Below are positions 24,838 to 37,913 of a DNA stretch of 64,000 bases, in pieces. Below the pieces are notes generated by a model. That model was not told the DNA's origin. It was given only the letters and a program-made list of their open reading frames with translations, and made no database searches. A program made the position numbers and the translations under genes. The DNA comes from Octopus sinensis (Eukaryota), in contig NC_042997.1 of NCBI RefSeq assembly GCF_006345805.1, forward strand, positions 171,368,001 through 171,432,000, in the 5' to 3' direction. How positions within the stretch are numbered: position 1 is the stretch's first letter; the number at the start of each line of letters is the position of its first letter.

Positions 24838-25705
24838 ATCATCATCATCTTTTAACGTCTGCTTTCCATGCTAGCATGGGTTGGATGATTTTGACGGAGG
24901 GATGGCGAACCAGATGGCTGCACCAGGCTCCAATCTTGATCTGGCAGAGTTTCTACAGCTGGATGCCCTTCCTAACGCCAACCACTCTGAGAGTGTAGTG
25001 GGTGCTTTTTACGTGCCACCAGAACAGGGCCAGTCAGGTGGTACTGGCAATGACCTCGCTCAAATCTTTTTGCACATGCCACCAGCACAGGTGCCAGTAA
25101 GGCAATGCTGGTAACGATCACGCTCGAATGGTGCCTTTTATGTGCCACCGGCATGGAAGCCAATTAGCCGCTCTGGCAACGATCACGTTCAGATGGTGCT
25201 CTTGGCACCCTACTAGCATGGGCACAAGTGCCAGTAAGGTGACGCTGGTAACAATCACACTTGAATGGTGCCTTTTATGTGCCACTGGCATGGAAGCCGG
25301 TTAGCTGCTCTGTCAATGATCACACTTGTATGGTGCTCTTTGCACCCAGCTAGCACGGATGCCAGTCATCGAATTTAATTTTGATTTTGATTTCACTTGC
25401 CTCAACAGGTCTTCACAAGTAGAGTTTAGTATCCAAAGAAGGAAAAGGTACGCATAAGTGGGCTGGTTACGCTCCTAGCATAGGCTACGAGGTTATGGTC
25501 TCATTTGGCTTACCAGATCTTCTCAAGCACAGCATATTTCCAAAAGTCTCAGTCACTAGTCATTTCCTTGGTGAGGCCTAAAGTTCGAAGGTTGTGCTTC
25601 ACCACCTCAACCCAGGTCTTCCTGGGTCTACCTCTTCCAGAGGTTCCCTCAACCACTAGGGTGTGGCACTTTTTCGCACAGGTATCCTCATCCATTCTTG
25701 CCACA
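24838..25705 (-). mobile_element. RTE LINE 3' end (ORF2 terminus, 3' UTR repeat array, (GAT)n tail)
   Basis: 25510-25705 encodes ..VARMDEDTCAKKCHTLVVEGTSGRGRPRKTW.., similar to the ORF end at 32920-33070. Confidence 0.9.
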
Positions 25706-26404
25706 TATATATATATAGGTGCAGTCGTGGCTGTGTGGTAAGAAGCTTGCTTCCCAATCACATGGTTTCGTAGATTTTTCAGTTGGAAACTGAATGAAGC
25801 CCGTCGTATGTATATATATATATATATTAATAATAAGGACACATTGAAGTGTCTATCCACTAGAAATAAGAGTCAAAACCATTATTTGAACCATCAAACA
25901 AAATTTACACTGAAAGCAACAGATTCAATAGTATACTAGCAGATTGAAAATAATCTCTCACATACCAATATAGCATAACGCTATATATTTAATGGTATAG
26001 GTATACATGTGGACTGGTTTCTGGTTTGATACAAAGATCTTACCTCCCTCAGCACATCTTAACCCTTTGAAACACTATCCGAATCTGTAAATCTGCTGGT
26101 GTCCTTAATTGCCTAGTGCCAAAATGCGGACATATGTATATATTTGTATCCTTGTATTTGTGTTTGTCTCCCTCCCATTACCACTTGACAACTGATGCTG
26201 GTGTGTTTACATCCCTGTAACTTAGCAATTTGGCAAAAGAGACCAATAGAATAAGTAGTATGCTTAAAAAATAAGTCCTGTGATTGATTGTTCGACTAAA
26301 ACCCTTCAAGGCAGTGCTCCAGCATGGCCACAATCAGATCACTGAAACAAGTAAAAGAATAAAAGAATATATGTGTGTTGTCGTTGTTGTTGTTGTTGTT
26401 GTTG

Positions 26405-26445
<41 letters not shown>

Positions 26446-27249
26446 TGCATATGTGTACAGTGTGAAGTGAGATACCTAAATTTATTACACAGATTGCAGA
26501 TGTGACAGGGTGTGATAAGTTTGAGTATCTCCTGCATCACTGTACACATGTATTTGCATGTGTGGGATATTCTGTGTGATTCATATAGCACTGTATGCCT
26601 ACACACATATGCACATACACATACATATGCACATACACATACATATGCATACACACATGCATAAAGTACATAGCAGAGGAGAGTATTGTTGTTTGAGTCA
26701 GAAACTCAATGAACAGTATAATTTGGTTTTACCAAGAGTGTGAGCACGTGGATGGAGGCGGGGTTAGAGAGAGAGAGAAAGAAGAAGAAAGAAAAGAAAG
26801 TGAAAGAGAGAGAGAATGACAGAGAATTTTGTGCATCTCATAAAACATTGCACACAGACGTGTGTGTGTATGTTTGCTCTGTGCTTTTTTATTTGTTCAC
26901 CCCCCGCTTACACATTTATCTGATGTCATATTTGTTTCCAGGTCTTTGCCAAATCCATGGTTTTCATCTAACTGTCAATCTGTCATTGATGTTTTTTGGT
27001 TATTTATCTGTATACGTACTTCCATATCCATAGATAATGTACACAAACATAAGTACATACTTACACATGCACCCACCCACATCTACCCCACCCATCACAT
27101 ACACACAGTCATGTTTTATTGGAAGCGTTCATACATTGGAACACAAAGATTGTTTGGTGGTAAACTCCCAACAAAACTTCTAGATTCAAACACAATTGGT
27201 CTGCTATACTTTGGGATGAACAACAAAAATTAGATATTAGATAGACATA

Positions 27250-27889
27250 GCTATGTGATAAGAAGTTTGTTTCTCAACCATGTGGTTCTGGGTTCAGTCC
27301 CACTGCGTGGTACCTTGGGGAAGTGTTTTCAACAATATTCCTTAACTGACCAAAACCTTGTGAGTGGATTACATGGACAAAAACTGAAAGAAGCTCATTG
27401 GGTACATATGTGTGTGTGTGTGTGGTGTGTGTGTGTGTATGTGTGTGTGTGTGCGCGCATGTGTGTGTGTGTGTGTGCGCATGTGTGTGTGTATGTGTAT
27501 TTGTGTGTGTGTGTGCATGCACACGTGTGTGTGTGTGTTACTGCTTACTTGCCTTGACATTGCATGATAGTTGTAAATGAGTGTCACTGTCATACTGGTG
27601 GTGTCTTCCATTACCAATCTTCCATAAAAAAGATGTCTGGTCATGGGGAAATATTATCTTGTTTGGAAACAAGAGGGCTGGTGATGATAAGGGCACTCCT
27701 GATATAGAAACCCTGTTTCAACATATTCTGTCTGACTTGCAAGCTTGGAAAAGAGGAACTGTGAAGTGAAAAATAATGATGATGTTGATGATGATGATGA
27801 TGATGATGTTGATGATGATGATGATGATGATGTTGATGGTGATGATGATGATGATGGTGGTGATGGTGATGATGGTGATGGTGATGATG

Positions 27890-27921
<32 letters not shown>

Positions 27922-27931
27922 GGTGGTGATG

Positions 27932-27958
<27 letters not shown>
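27250..27958 (+). mobile_element. SINE family B with RTE-type tail and an expanded (GAT/GGT)n tail
   Basis: Same modules as 20870-21305; the tail microsatellite spans 27776-27958. Confidence 0.75.
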
Positions 27959-27962
<4 letters not shown>

Positions 27963-28314
27963 TTATAGTTAGCTCCTTAGCAGCTGCAGCCTACCTTTAT
28001 TCAAGTTCAGTAGGAGAAATTGAGCAAGTACGAACCCTTATTTTGAAACTTTCAACTCTTCTGCTCAGATTTATAAAACCCATAATCAGTGGTTCATTTA
28101 GGTATATTACTCAGGTCATGAATACTCATTGTCATAAATAAGAACGTCTTCCAGGCAAAGAATGAAACTTCAGGGTAATATTATCTTCCTTGGAAACGGC
28201 TGATAGCCAGCAACATGAAGGGCATCCAACCATAGAAGATCTGCCTCGATGAATTTCATTTGATCCATGCAAGCATGTAAAAGTGGCCATCAGAATTATG
28301 ACAACAACAACAAC

Positions 28315-28350
<36 letters not shown>

Positions 28351-29952
28351 GATGTTGATGATGATAAAAGCTTTTATGTTTAAAATAATGCAATCCAAAA
28401 TTTTGTCAGTTCCAATTGATGGAACTTTGATTTTAAGATAAAATCTGCTGCAATGTCTATTTGCTTTTCCTTTTCTTTGTGTGAAAGATTGCTCAAGTTT
28501 CACATTTATAAATGGGTTTTCAACCTCAAAATTGGTTTGCAATTTTCATCTAGAAAATACTTTGTTACTGATTAATTTCATATCAGATTAATGTTGCAGA
28601 AGTGAATATTTTATAGTTTAATTTCAGGATTTTCAGTTTGTCAGCATAAAACCGGTTGTATGGTTAAGAAAACCCACTTTGCAACCATGTGGTTCCAGGT
28701 TCAGATTCAGTCCTATTGTATGGCACCTTCAGCAAGTTCTTTGTTCCTACTATGGCTCTGGACCAACCAGTGCCTTGTGAGTGAATTTGGTAGATCAAAA
28801 CTGGAAGCTTGTCAATTTTTCTCTCCTCATCTATTTTTTCTCTAGAAGAGTGTAATCTGGAAACATAAAAGAATTTACCTTAAAGAATTTTCATGATGTT
28901 AACCTAATACGCTATTTTTTTTTTTAACCTCATCTTTGTGTTATTTATAATTTTTGCACTATATTATAACTATAACTATATTACTAAGAGTGAAGACTAT
29001 TGAAAAGGTTGCAAGACGCAACGAAAATTTTAGGAAAATAAAAATAAGAAATAAGTGGAAATTTTACCGGTGAGTGTGTAACATTATAAGGCACAAAAAG
29101 AAAATGACTCTCCCCAGACACAACAGAATATGCTTCAACACACAAACTCAAATAAAGAATCTTGCAAACCAAATCCAAAAACGAAATATAGTATACATAT
29201 GTACTTATGTATATACAAAAAATGGTAAAAACTCCCTTTGGTCACGAATGACCATGGGATTGCACCTAGAAAGTTATCCTCCAAGGCAAAGATCTGGGTA
29301 AAGTTATTTATGGAAGACCAGCTCTCACCCATGTATACCAGCCTCCCCTCTCAATGCCACGGATGTTACCAAAGGCAAAGGCAAAGACTTATACAACTTG
29401 GCACCAGTGACGTCACAACTCATTTCTATAGCTAAGTGAACTGGAGCAACATGAAATAAAGTGTCTTACTCAAGAACACAACACACAGCCTGGTCCAGGA
29501 ATTGAACTCACTACCTCATGATAGTTGTGAGCTCAACACTCTAACCACCGAGCTATATATGCATATTTGCATGTATGTCATTGTGTTAGTGCTTTCCACT
29601 GCTCGACGACCAGTATTGGTTTGTTTACATCCCTGTAACTTAGAGGTTTGGCAAAAGAGACCAATAGAATAAGTATCAGACTTGCAAGCTAAGTACTGGG
29701 TTCAACCAATCTGTTTGATTAAAACACTTGAAAGCAGTGCTCAGTTCAGTCACAGTTCAATACCTGAAATGAACAGAAATAATAAGAAAAAAGGCATGGC
29801 AGTGTGGTAAGAAGGTTGCTTCCCAGCCACATGGTTCCAGATTCAGTCCCACTGCATGGCACCTTGAGCAAGTGTCCTCTACTATAGCCTTCGGCCAACC
29901 AGAGCTTTATGAGTGGATTTAATAGATGGAAATTTGAAAGAAACCCGTCGTG

Positions 29953-30001
<49 letters not shown>

Positions 30002-30275
30002 GCATATATATATATATATATATATAATATATATATATATATATGTATGTATATATATATTTCTATATGCCCCCGTCTTCGATAACCACCATCGCCATAT
30101 ATAAACCAGCGACCACTAATCGCTAAGCCCACTCGCTTTCGACTCCACTACGAATGCACAGCTCATGAACGGCTAAAAGTTAAGATTTCTTCTTTCAACC
30201 TCGCTCCTACTACCCTCTGCACGTATAATCACTATTCCTTCAGTTCCTTCAATTTCTCTCTCATATTTTCCTTCA

Positions 30276-30667
30276 AATTGACTTCTCTGATACTTTCAAA
30301 CCGACTTTCTTGCTATCACGATTTTTCAGTACCCTCTATTCATATTTTCTTTCAGTTTTCAACATACCATTCATGTAATGTTTTTCGTTTAGCCTTGTCT
30401 CGTCTCCCTATTTGCTCCTGTTTCATAGCCACTCATCGTCTCCCCTAAAAATTGACTTCTCTGATACTTTCAAACCTACTTTCTTGCTATCACGATTTTT
30501 CAGTACCCTCTATTCATATTTTCTTTCAGTTTTCAACATACCATTCATGTAATGTTTTTCGTTTAGCCTTGTCTCGTCTCCCTATTTGCTCCCGTTTCAT
30601 AGCCACTCATCGTCTCCCCTAAAAATTGACTTCTCTGATACTTTCAAACCTACTTTCTTGCTATCAC
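30276..30667. repeat. 174-bp near-identical tandem repeat, about 2.25 copies
   Basis: aattgacttctctgatactttc recurs at 30276, 30450 and 30624. Confidence 0.95.
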
Positions 30668-30674
30668 CATTAAC

Positions 30675-33126
30675 AGAAACCTACCAGCCACCTAGTCACC
30701 TACCGATCGGGCCAACATACCAGCCAAATTGACTACATCCTTGCCAGGCAAAGGGAGAGATGGCTACTTATAAATGCCAAAACCTTCCCAGGCGAAGAAT
30801 GCACCCGACAACATAGACTGGTAGTTAGTGACTTTAGGATCAGGAGTAGGAGGACAACCAGAAGACGACCAACATGGAGAAGAAGGATCTGGAAGCTTAA
30901 GGATCCTGTGAATGGACAGAGATTTAGAGACATGTTACTTGAAGCATTTGACGAAGTAGAAGGGGATAGTGTATCACATGGGGTAGAGGACAACTGGACG
31001 TTTCTAAGGGACAACCTGCTGAGAGCCACTGACCAGATCTGTGGCTGGTGCAAAGTCCCCTCTCGTCCCAAGGTAACGTGGTGGTGGAACAGTGTCGTAG
31101 ACAGGGCTATTAGAGAAAAGAGACAGACTTGGAAGCACTGGAAGAATGGTGGTAGCAGACTGCTAAAAGGGAAGCTAGGAGACAGGTCTATCTAGCCAGA
31201 GGGGAAGCAGATAAGAAAAAATTTGCCAATGTTCTGCGCCGTGAGGACCAAAGACTGGAGGTGTTTCGCGTTGCAAGACAGTGTGTGAGAGAGAATTGTG
31301 ATGTGGTGGGAGAGAAGTGTGTTCGCATGGAAGATGGTTCACTTGCGCTAAACGAGGATGCAAAGAGAGAGGCTTGGAGATGCCACTATGAAAGGTTGCT
31401 GAATAAAGAAAATGAATAGGATAAAGAGAGTCTGCCGAACGTTGACCCAACAGAGGGACCAGCTATCAGGGTTGATAGTTCCTTAGTAGCTAAGGCAATT
31501 AGAAGCATGAAGACAGGGAAAGCCCCAGGCCCATCAGGTATCACTGCAGAGATGCTCAAAATATCTGGTAGTGTCGGCTATAGCCTAGTCACCTGTATAG
31601 TTAATCAGGTGATACATGAAGGAGTCATACCCAATGACTGGTGTAGCAGCATAATAGTCAACTGCTACAAAGGTAAAGGTGATGCCCTAGATACAAATAA
31701 TTACAGAGGTATCAAGCTGTTGGATCAGGTGATGAAGGTTACAGAGAGGGTCATAAGCCAACTAATTAGAGAGAGAGTTAGTTTAGATGAGATGCAGTTT
31801 GGTTTCGTGCCAGGGAAAAGTACCACTGATGCTATATTCCTGGTAAGGCAGCTGCAGGAGAAATACCTAACCAAAGATAAGGCCCTGTACCTGGCTTTTG
31901 TTGACATGGAGAAAGCCTTCGACAGGGTCCCCCGATCCCTCATATGGTGGTCAATGAGGAAACTAGGAATAGAAGAATGGTTGGTGAGAGCTGTGCAAGC
32001 CATGTACAGGGACGCTGCTAGTAAGGTGAGGGTTGGAAATGAGTACAGTGAAGAATTCCGGGTAGAGGTAGGGGTCCACCAAGGCTCAGTCCTCAGCCCC
32101 CTCCTATTTATCATAGTCCTCCAGGCAATAACGGAGGAATTCAAGACAGGATGCCCCTGGGAGCTCCTCTATGCTGATGACCTTGCTCTAATTGCTGAGT
32201 CATTATCAGAACTGGAGAAGAAGTTTCAGGTGTGGAAGCATGGTTTAGAATCGAAGGGCCTTAGAGTCAACCTAGCTAAAACCAAAGTCGTAATAAGTAG
32301 GAAGGTAGACAAATCACAAACGCCTTCAGGTAGATGGCCCTGCTCGATCTGTAGAAAAGGTGTAGGTAGAAACTCTATAAGATGCACCAAGTGTAAGCTA
32401 TGGACACATAAGAGGTGCAGCAATGTCATAGGAAGGCTAACTAGGAAGATGGTTTTTGTATGTGGCAGATGCTCGGGAGCATTAACCTCTGAAAATCTGC
32501 AGAAAACAACTTCCGTCACTTTCCAGGGGGAAAAACTAGAAGTGGTTGATAGCTTCCGTTATCTTGGTGACCAAGTCAGTAGTGGGGGTGGGTGTGCTGA
32601 AAGTGTAACGGCTAGAGTAAGAATAGCCTGGGCAAAGTTTAGGGAGCTCTTACCTCTGTTGGTGACTAAAGGCCTCTCGCTCAGAGTAAAAGGCAGACTG
32701 TATGATGCATGTGTACGAACAGCCATGCTACATGGCAGTGAAACATGGGCCGTGACTGCTGAGGACATGCGTAAGCTCGCGAGAAATGAAGCTAGTATGC
32801 TCCGTTGGATGTGTAATGTCAGTGTTCATAGTCGACAGAGTGTAAGTACCTTGAGAGAAAAGTTGGACCTAAGAGGAATCAGATGTTGTGTGCAAGAGAG
32901 ACGATTGCGCTGGTATGGTCATGTGGTGAGAATGGATGAAGATAGGTGTGTGAAAAAGTGCCACACCCTGGCAGTTGAGGGGACCTGTGGAAGAGGTAGA
33001 CCCAGGAAAACCTGGGTCGAGGTGGTGAAGCACGACCTTCGAACTCTAGGTCTCACCAAGGAAATGACCAGAGACCGAGACCTATGGAAGTATGCAGTGC
33101 GTGAGAAGACCCGGCAAGACCAGTGA
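30675..33126 (+). pseudogene. RTE ORF2 (APE-RT with inserted PHD finger); one frameshift near 31155 and one nonsense codon at 31417
   Basis: Frame continuity by manual translation; the 539-aa open segment 31507-33126 holds the entire RT. Confidence 0.9.
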
Positions 33127-33199
33127 GAACAATCAAAATCAAATCATATATCAGAAAGCAGGGGTTAAGTGACCCATCTGTTCGTGTCCGCTGTCAGCC

Positions 33200-33960
33200 T
33201 CGTCTGGCACCCGTGCCAGTGATACGTAAAAGCACCATTCGCTCATGGCCGTTTGCCAGCTCTGCCTGGCCCCGTGTCGGTGGCACGTAAAAGCACCATC
33301 CGTTCGTGTTCGTTGCCAGCCTCGCCTGGCCCCGTGCCGGTGACACGTAAAAGCACCGTCCGTTCGCGGCCGTTGGCCAGCTCTGTCTGGCCCCGTGTCG
33401 GTGGCACATAAAAGCACCATCCGTTCGTGGCCATTTGCCAGCTCTGTCTGGCCCCGTGTCGGTGGCACGTAAAAGCACCATCCGTCCGTGTCCGTTGCCA
33501 GCCTCGGCTGGCCCCCGTGCCGGTGACACGTAAAAGCACCGTCCGCTCATGGCCGTTTGCCAGCTGTCTGGCAACCGTGTTGGTGGCACGTAAAAGCACC
33601 ATCCGTTCGCGTCCGTTGCCAGCCTCGGCTGGCCCCCGTGCCGGTGACACGTAAAAGCACCATCCGTTCGTGGCCGTTTGCCAGCTCTGTCTGGCACCGT
33701 GTCGGTGGCACGTAAAAGCACCATCCGTCCATGTCCGTTGCCAGCCTCGGCTGGCCCCCGTGCCGGTGACACATAAAAGCACCGTCCATTCGTGGCCGGT
33801 TGCCAGCTCTGTCTGGCCCCGTGTCGGTGGCACGTAAAAGCACCATCCGTTCGTGTCCGTTGCCAGCATCGCTTGGCCCCGTGCCGGTGACACGTAAAAG
33901 CACCATCCGTTCGTGGCCATTCGCCAGCTCTGTCTGGCACCTGTGCAGGTGGCACGTAAA
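33200..33960 (+). repeat. Array of about 13 units of about 61 bp in the RTE 3' UTR, with alternating A/B variants
   Basis: Core gtg(c/t)cggtg(g/a)cacgtaaaagcacc recurs about every 61 bp. Confidence 0.95.
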
Positions 33961-34419
33961 AAACACCCACTACACTCGCGGAGTGGTTGGCGTTAGGAAG
34001 GGCATCCAGTCATAGAAACACTGCCAGATCTGACTGGGCCTGACGAAGCCTTCCAGCTTCACAGACCCCAGTTGACCTGTCCAACCCATGCTAGCATGGA
34101 AAACGGACGCTAAACGATGATGATGATGATGATGATGATGTTTGTGTGTGTGTGTCTGTCTGTGATTTGGCAAATGGAAATTAAAAGAAGCTCATTGTGT
34201 GCATGCATATGTGTATGTATGTATATGTATATGTATGCATATATATATGTATGTGTGTGTGGTGTATATATATACATACATACAAACACACACACACACA
34301 TATGTATATATATAGAAATATTACATTTCTTAATATCTCAGGGAGATATAAGCAGTAGTGGTACAACAGAGTAGTTATATACTGTCAACTGAATGTGACA
34401 GTCCCATGAAGGGAATCAC

Positions 34420-34980
34420 ACCATTGCTATTACTTATTCTATCAGCCTCTTTTGCCAAACCACTAAATTACGGGGATGTAAACACACCAACATCAGTAGT
34501 CAAGCGATGGTGTGGGGGGACAAACACAGACACACACACAAATACACACGTACACACACACACATACATACACATATATACAACGGGCTTCTTTTAGTTT
34601 CCATCTACCAAATCCACTCACAAGGTTTTGGTCAGCCTGAGGCTATTGTAGAAGAAACTTGCCCAAGGTACCACGCAGTGGGACTGAACCCAGAACATGT
34701 GGTTGGGAAGCAAGTTTCTTATTTCTTTATTGCCCACAAGGGGCTAAACATAGAGGGGACAAACAAGGACAGATAAACGAATTAAGTCGATTACATCGAC
34801 CCCAGTGTGTAACTGGTACTCAATTTATCGACACCGAAAGGATGAAAAGCAAAGTTGACCTTGGCAGAATATGAACTCAGAACGTAACAGTAGACGAAAT
34901 TCCACTATGCATTTCGCCCAGCGTTCTAATGTTTCTGCCTGATCACCATTTCTTACCACACAGCCACTCCTGCGCCTTTA
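34420..34980 (-). mobile_element. Family B SINE with a nested family A SINE (about 34721-34950)
   Basis: The head is split at caagtttctta / tttcttaccacacagcc, with tttctta on both sides. Confidence 0.8.
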
Positions 34981-34984
34981 TCAA

Positions 34985-35320
34985 TGTTTTTCACATACTT
35001 TTTTTTTCTTCACGAATTTCACCATCAGACTTTATTAAGTGTTCTGCCATTGTAGATGCTTTACTTGGTTTTGCAATTTGAAGCCAGTATATGCAATTTG
35101 AAGCAAGGAAAGCATTTTCGCTTTTTTGACAAAAATGATGAAATTTTAGCTTTCCTTTCATTCAATTCCAGATACTTTCATGTAAAATATTCTTCACTCG
35201 GGATTGTAAAACATAAATGTGTTGCCTAAATTTGTTATGAGTGACAAAAGCAGTATTAGTTCAAAGCAGCAATCTGTGTATCATAGTTAGGCATATTCAT
35301 GTTTAAAAGCCTGAAAACCT
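34985..35320 (-). pseudogene. Very degenerate hAT (Buster/Charlie-like) transposase N-terminal remnant
   Basis: Minus-strand fragments EYFT*KYLELNERK and LQIAKPSKASTMAEHLIK resemble the (Y/L)xIAKxxKPHTIxExLI motif as I recall it; many stops. Confidence 0.3.
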
Positions 35321-35712
35321 CTTATAGATGTATAATGTTAGCAATATCACTGCTGGTGGTGGATGACTTTTACCTGTTGCTGATATATTTCTGTTTTTTT
35401 AACACTATACATCTATAGGAGATACTTTCTTGAGACAAATACTACTGCTTAACAGGCTTTCAATGGTGTATATACTTTAAGTATGATACACAAATTGCTA
35501 TTGTCTAAATATTGCTTTAATTTCACTAAATTTAAGCTGTTGTTATTTTAAACGTTTCCACATTCAACACACATTCCACTTATCACCAGTTCAAGTGATA
35601 CTGTATACAATACAAGTTTAATCATATTTTTACTTCTTATTTTTTCATGGTTCATCTTGTTGTTTTGATGATCTTGCAACTGAATTTGTTATAGGCTCAA
35701 CTGTGTAACATC

Positions 35713-36277
35713 TGTAGTGGCACAAGCAGTCAGCGCCATATCAGATGAGATCTTGCAGCAGCCATTGCAATCTCCGAGACTGGAGCGAGACCTCACCTGC
35801 ATCCATTTGCCATGCGCGAGATCACAACGAGGCTTGTGATGACAAACTGTATATAAGGGCCCAACAAAAACAGATTCATTCTCTTTTCACCACAAGTGCT
35901 TGCTGAGCACACTTCACTGGCTGGGTCTCCAAGCTAGTCCCGTCTGCATGTTGTATCTCCAGAGGCAATGGGCAATGCGGCTATAGTAGAAGACACTTGC
36001 CCATAGTACCACGCAGTGAGACTGAACCCAGAACATGTGGTTGGGAAGCAAGTTTCTTACCACACAGCCTCTCCTGTGCCTTTATCAATGTTTTTCACAT
36101 ACTTCTTTTTTTGTCTCCATGAATTTCACCAACGAAATGCACACAGATTGAGATGGTATGCTGAGAGCAACACACTTCACCTATTCTGTGAAACTTGTAA
36201 ATAAACCGGTTGTAAATTGCATTTGTACCTAAAGACTTCCTTCCTTGCCTGCTGGAGCCTAAATTACACGAAGAACA
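35713..36277 (+). mobile_element. LTR-like element (solo LTR candidate) with an inserted 160-bp local duplication
   Basis: TG...CA ends (36268 or 36277), tatataag, aataaa near 36200, and homology to 2932-3299. Confidence 0.55.
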
Positions 36278-37481
36278 ATATTTAATGGGAGAAGGCGATA
36301 TTCACCCGATATCGTAAACCTTGCCTCCCATTATACACTGTTTTTCATTCATGTGATTTGGGTTCTGCCTATTAACACTTGACATATTGATTGTTTTAAT
36401 CATTCAGCCATTAGGGATGTAAATAGAGTGTGATTTATTGATTACCGAAAATTATAATTGCCTGAAACATCAATTTACGCTATGCATACATTAAAAAGTT
36501 ACTAAACTATTTAATACTAGTATTTTAACAGCCATTGCGCATTTGTTGTTTCCTAAACTGAAAGCAATTGAAAATTATTGCATAATATTGACTTGGAGTT
36601 GCTAAATTTCACCGGCTCAGTAAAATATATCCAGAATTAATATTCTTACATCAAAACTAAGTGCTTGTTATTCAAGCAGAAGATACTATGAAAATCCTAT
36701 ATAAATTTGTCTGTTGAGTCTGTGTGTAGGTATGTGTGTCAGTGGCATTACTTTCCTTCACCTGTGGATATAGTTGTGTATGTATGTGAATATGTATGCA
36801 TGTGTGAGAGAGCTGACTGACTGCTGGAGGAATATAAAATGCTGAATATTGCGAAGGTGGGGGAAGAGTTTTGTGGTGGGGAAAAGGCATGTCCTAGTGT
36901 GTACTTGCATATATCATGTGTGTGTGTGCATGTGCGTATGTATGTGTGTGTTTGTTTATTGTTTTAACAAGTAATGTGTTAGTCTATATATGAATATATT
37001 TAAGCATGTGTGTGTGTATTTTTTCATTGCTTTAACAGCTGTATACGTATATCTGTGTGTGTGCAACCATGGTGTTGTAAACTAATATACTGCGTTTGTT
37101 TATACTGATTAAATCAGTGATAAAAATAAACAAAAATACAAGAATTTTTTTTTTCAATAAACAATGTTTCATTACAATTATATGAACACACATATTTTAA
37201 AACACTTCTATACTACATATTTATTTCTTTAAAACTCAGCCATGGAAACCAGCAATATCTGATGCAAATCATCTGAGTTCCAGAGACTTCAGTTTAAGTA
37301 ACCATCTGCTAGAGCAGTGAAAGCCTGTCATGTGTGAATATTTGTGTGTATATGCATATATGTTTTTGGTTGTGTTTATCCCCACTTCCCACTACTTGAC
37401 AGCCAATGTTGGTTCATTTACGTCCCTGTAACATAACAGCTTGGCAAAATAGACTGATGGAATACATACTGAACTTTAAAA

Positions 37482-37811
37482 ATGGTCCATATGGCTCCTG
37501 AGGACCCATATAAGACTTTGGGGGTTCCATGCAACAAAATAGTAAACTGGGAATCCACAATACTTTATGGACCCATGAAAAAATTTTGCTTTAGATGTAT
37601 GTATTGGTGTGTATTGCAAGAAACAGCTAGGTTTCTTTCTCTAATATTTTACATTGTTCAACCTATATAAGTTAATGTGTGAAAAATGAAATAAGAGTTT
37701 TGAAAGAAGTGTCTATAAAGCTAATTTTTAAACATTGAATGACTATGGGGGTCTGCCAGAATAAAATTGTAATCAAAAGAGTCTATAGATAAATAATGGT
37801 TGAGAAACCCT
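37482..37811. mobile_element. Degenerate hAT-type MITE fragment
   Basis: Ends in ggttgagaaaccctg, the reverse complement of cagggtttctcaa (typical hAT terminus); a similar terminus is at 22024. Confidence 0.4.
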
Positions 37812-37913
37812 GTGCTAAAGATTTGGAGTGCAGGCTTAATGTTGAGCAGCATAAAATGTATTCCTCTGAATTTGAATGAGAAATTCAAAGGTATGTGGAT
37901 TCCATGAATGATT

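Larger units (their letters stand above)
30668..34140 (+). mobile_element. RTE-clade LINE, 5'-truncated within the APE domain, with complete 3' UTR and (GAT)n tail
   Basis: APE C-terminus (TYRSG..SQIDYIL..C..QHRLVV), RT motifs (KGKGD, QFGF, FVDMEKAFD, HQGSVLSP, YADD, FRYLG), RTE C-terminal GRGRPRKTW, and tail ...ggacgctaaacgatgatgat. Confidence 0.95.

Noticed and set aside
26942-27030. Strong plus-strand acceptor tttgtttccag
   Set aside because: No convincing donor or recognisable frame.
27981-28101. AG/GT-bounded open 121-nt segment
   Set aside because: Short pyrimidine tract, no recognisable protein and directly beside a microsatellite.
28998-29040. Hammerhead-like uugaaaag-GUUGC(aagac)GCAAC-gaaa
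   Set aside because: Two core mismatches and no stem I.
33151-33970. Overlapping 105-258 aa ORFs
   Set aside because: They arise from the stop-poor GC-rich 61-bp array in the RTE 3' UTR.
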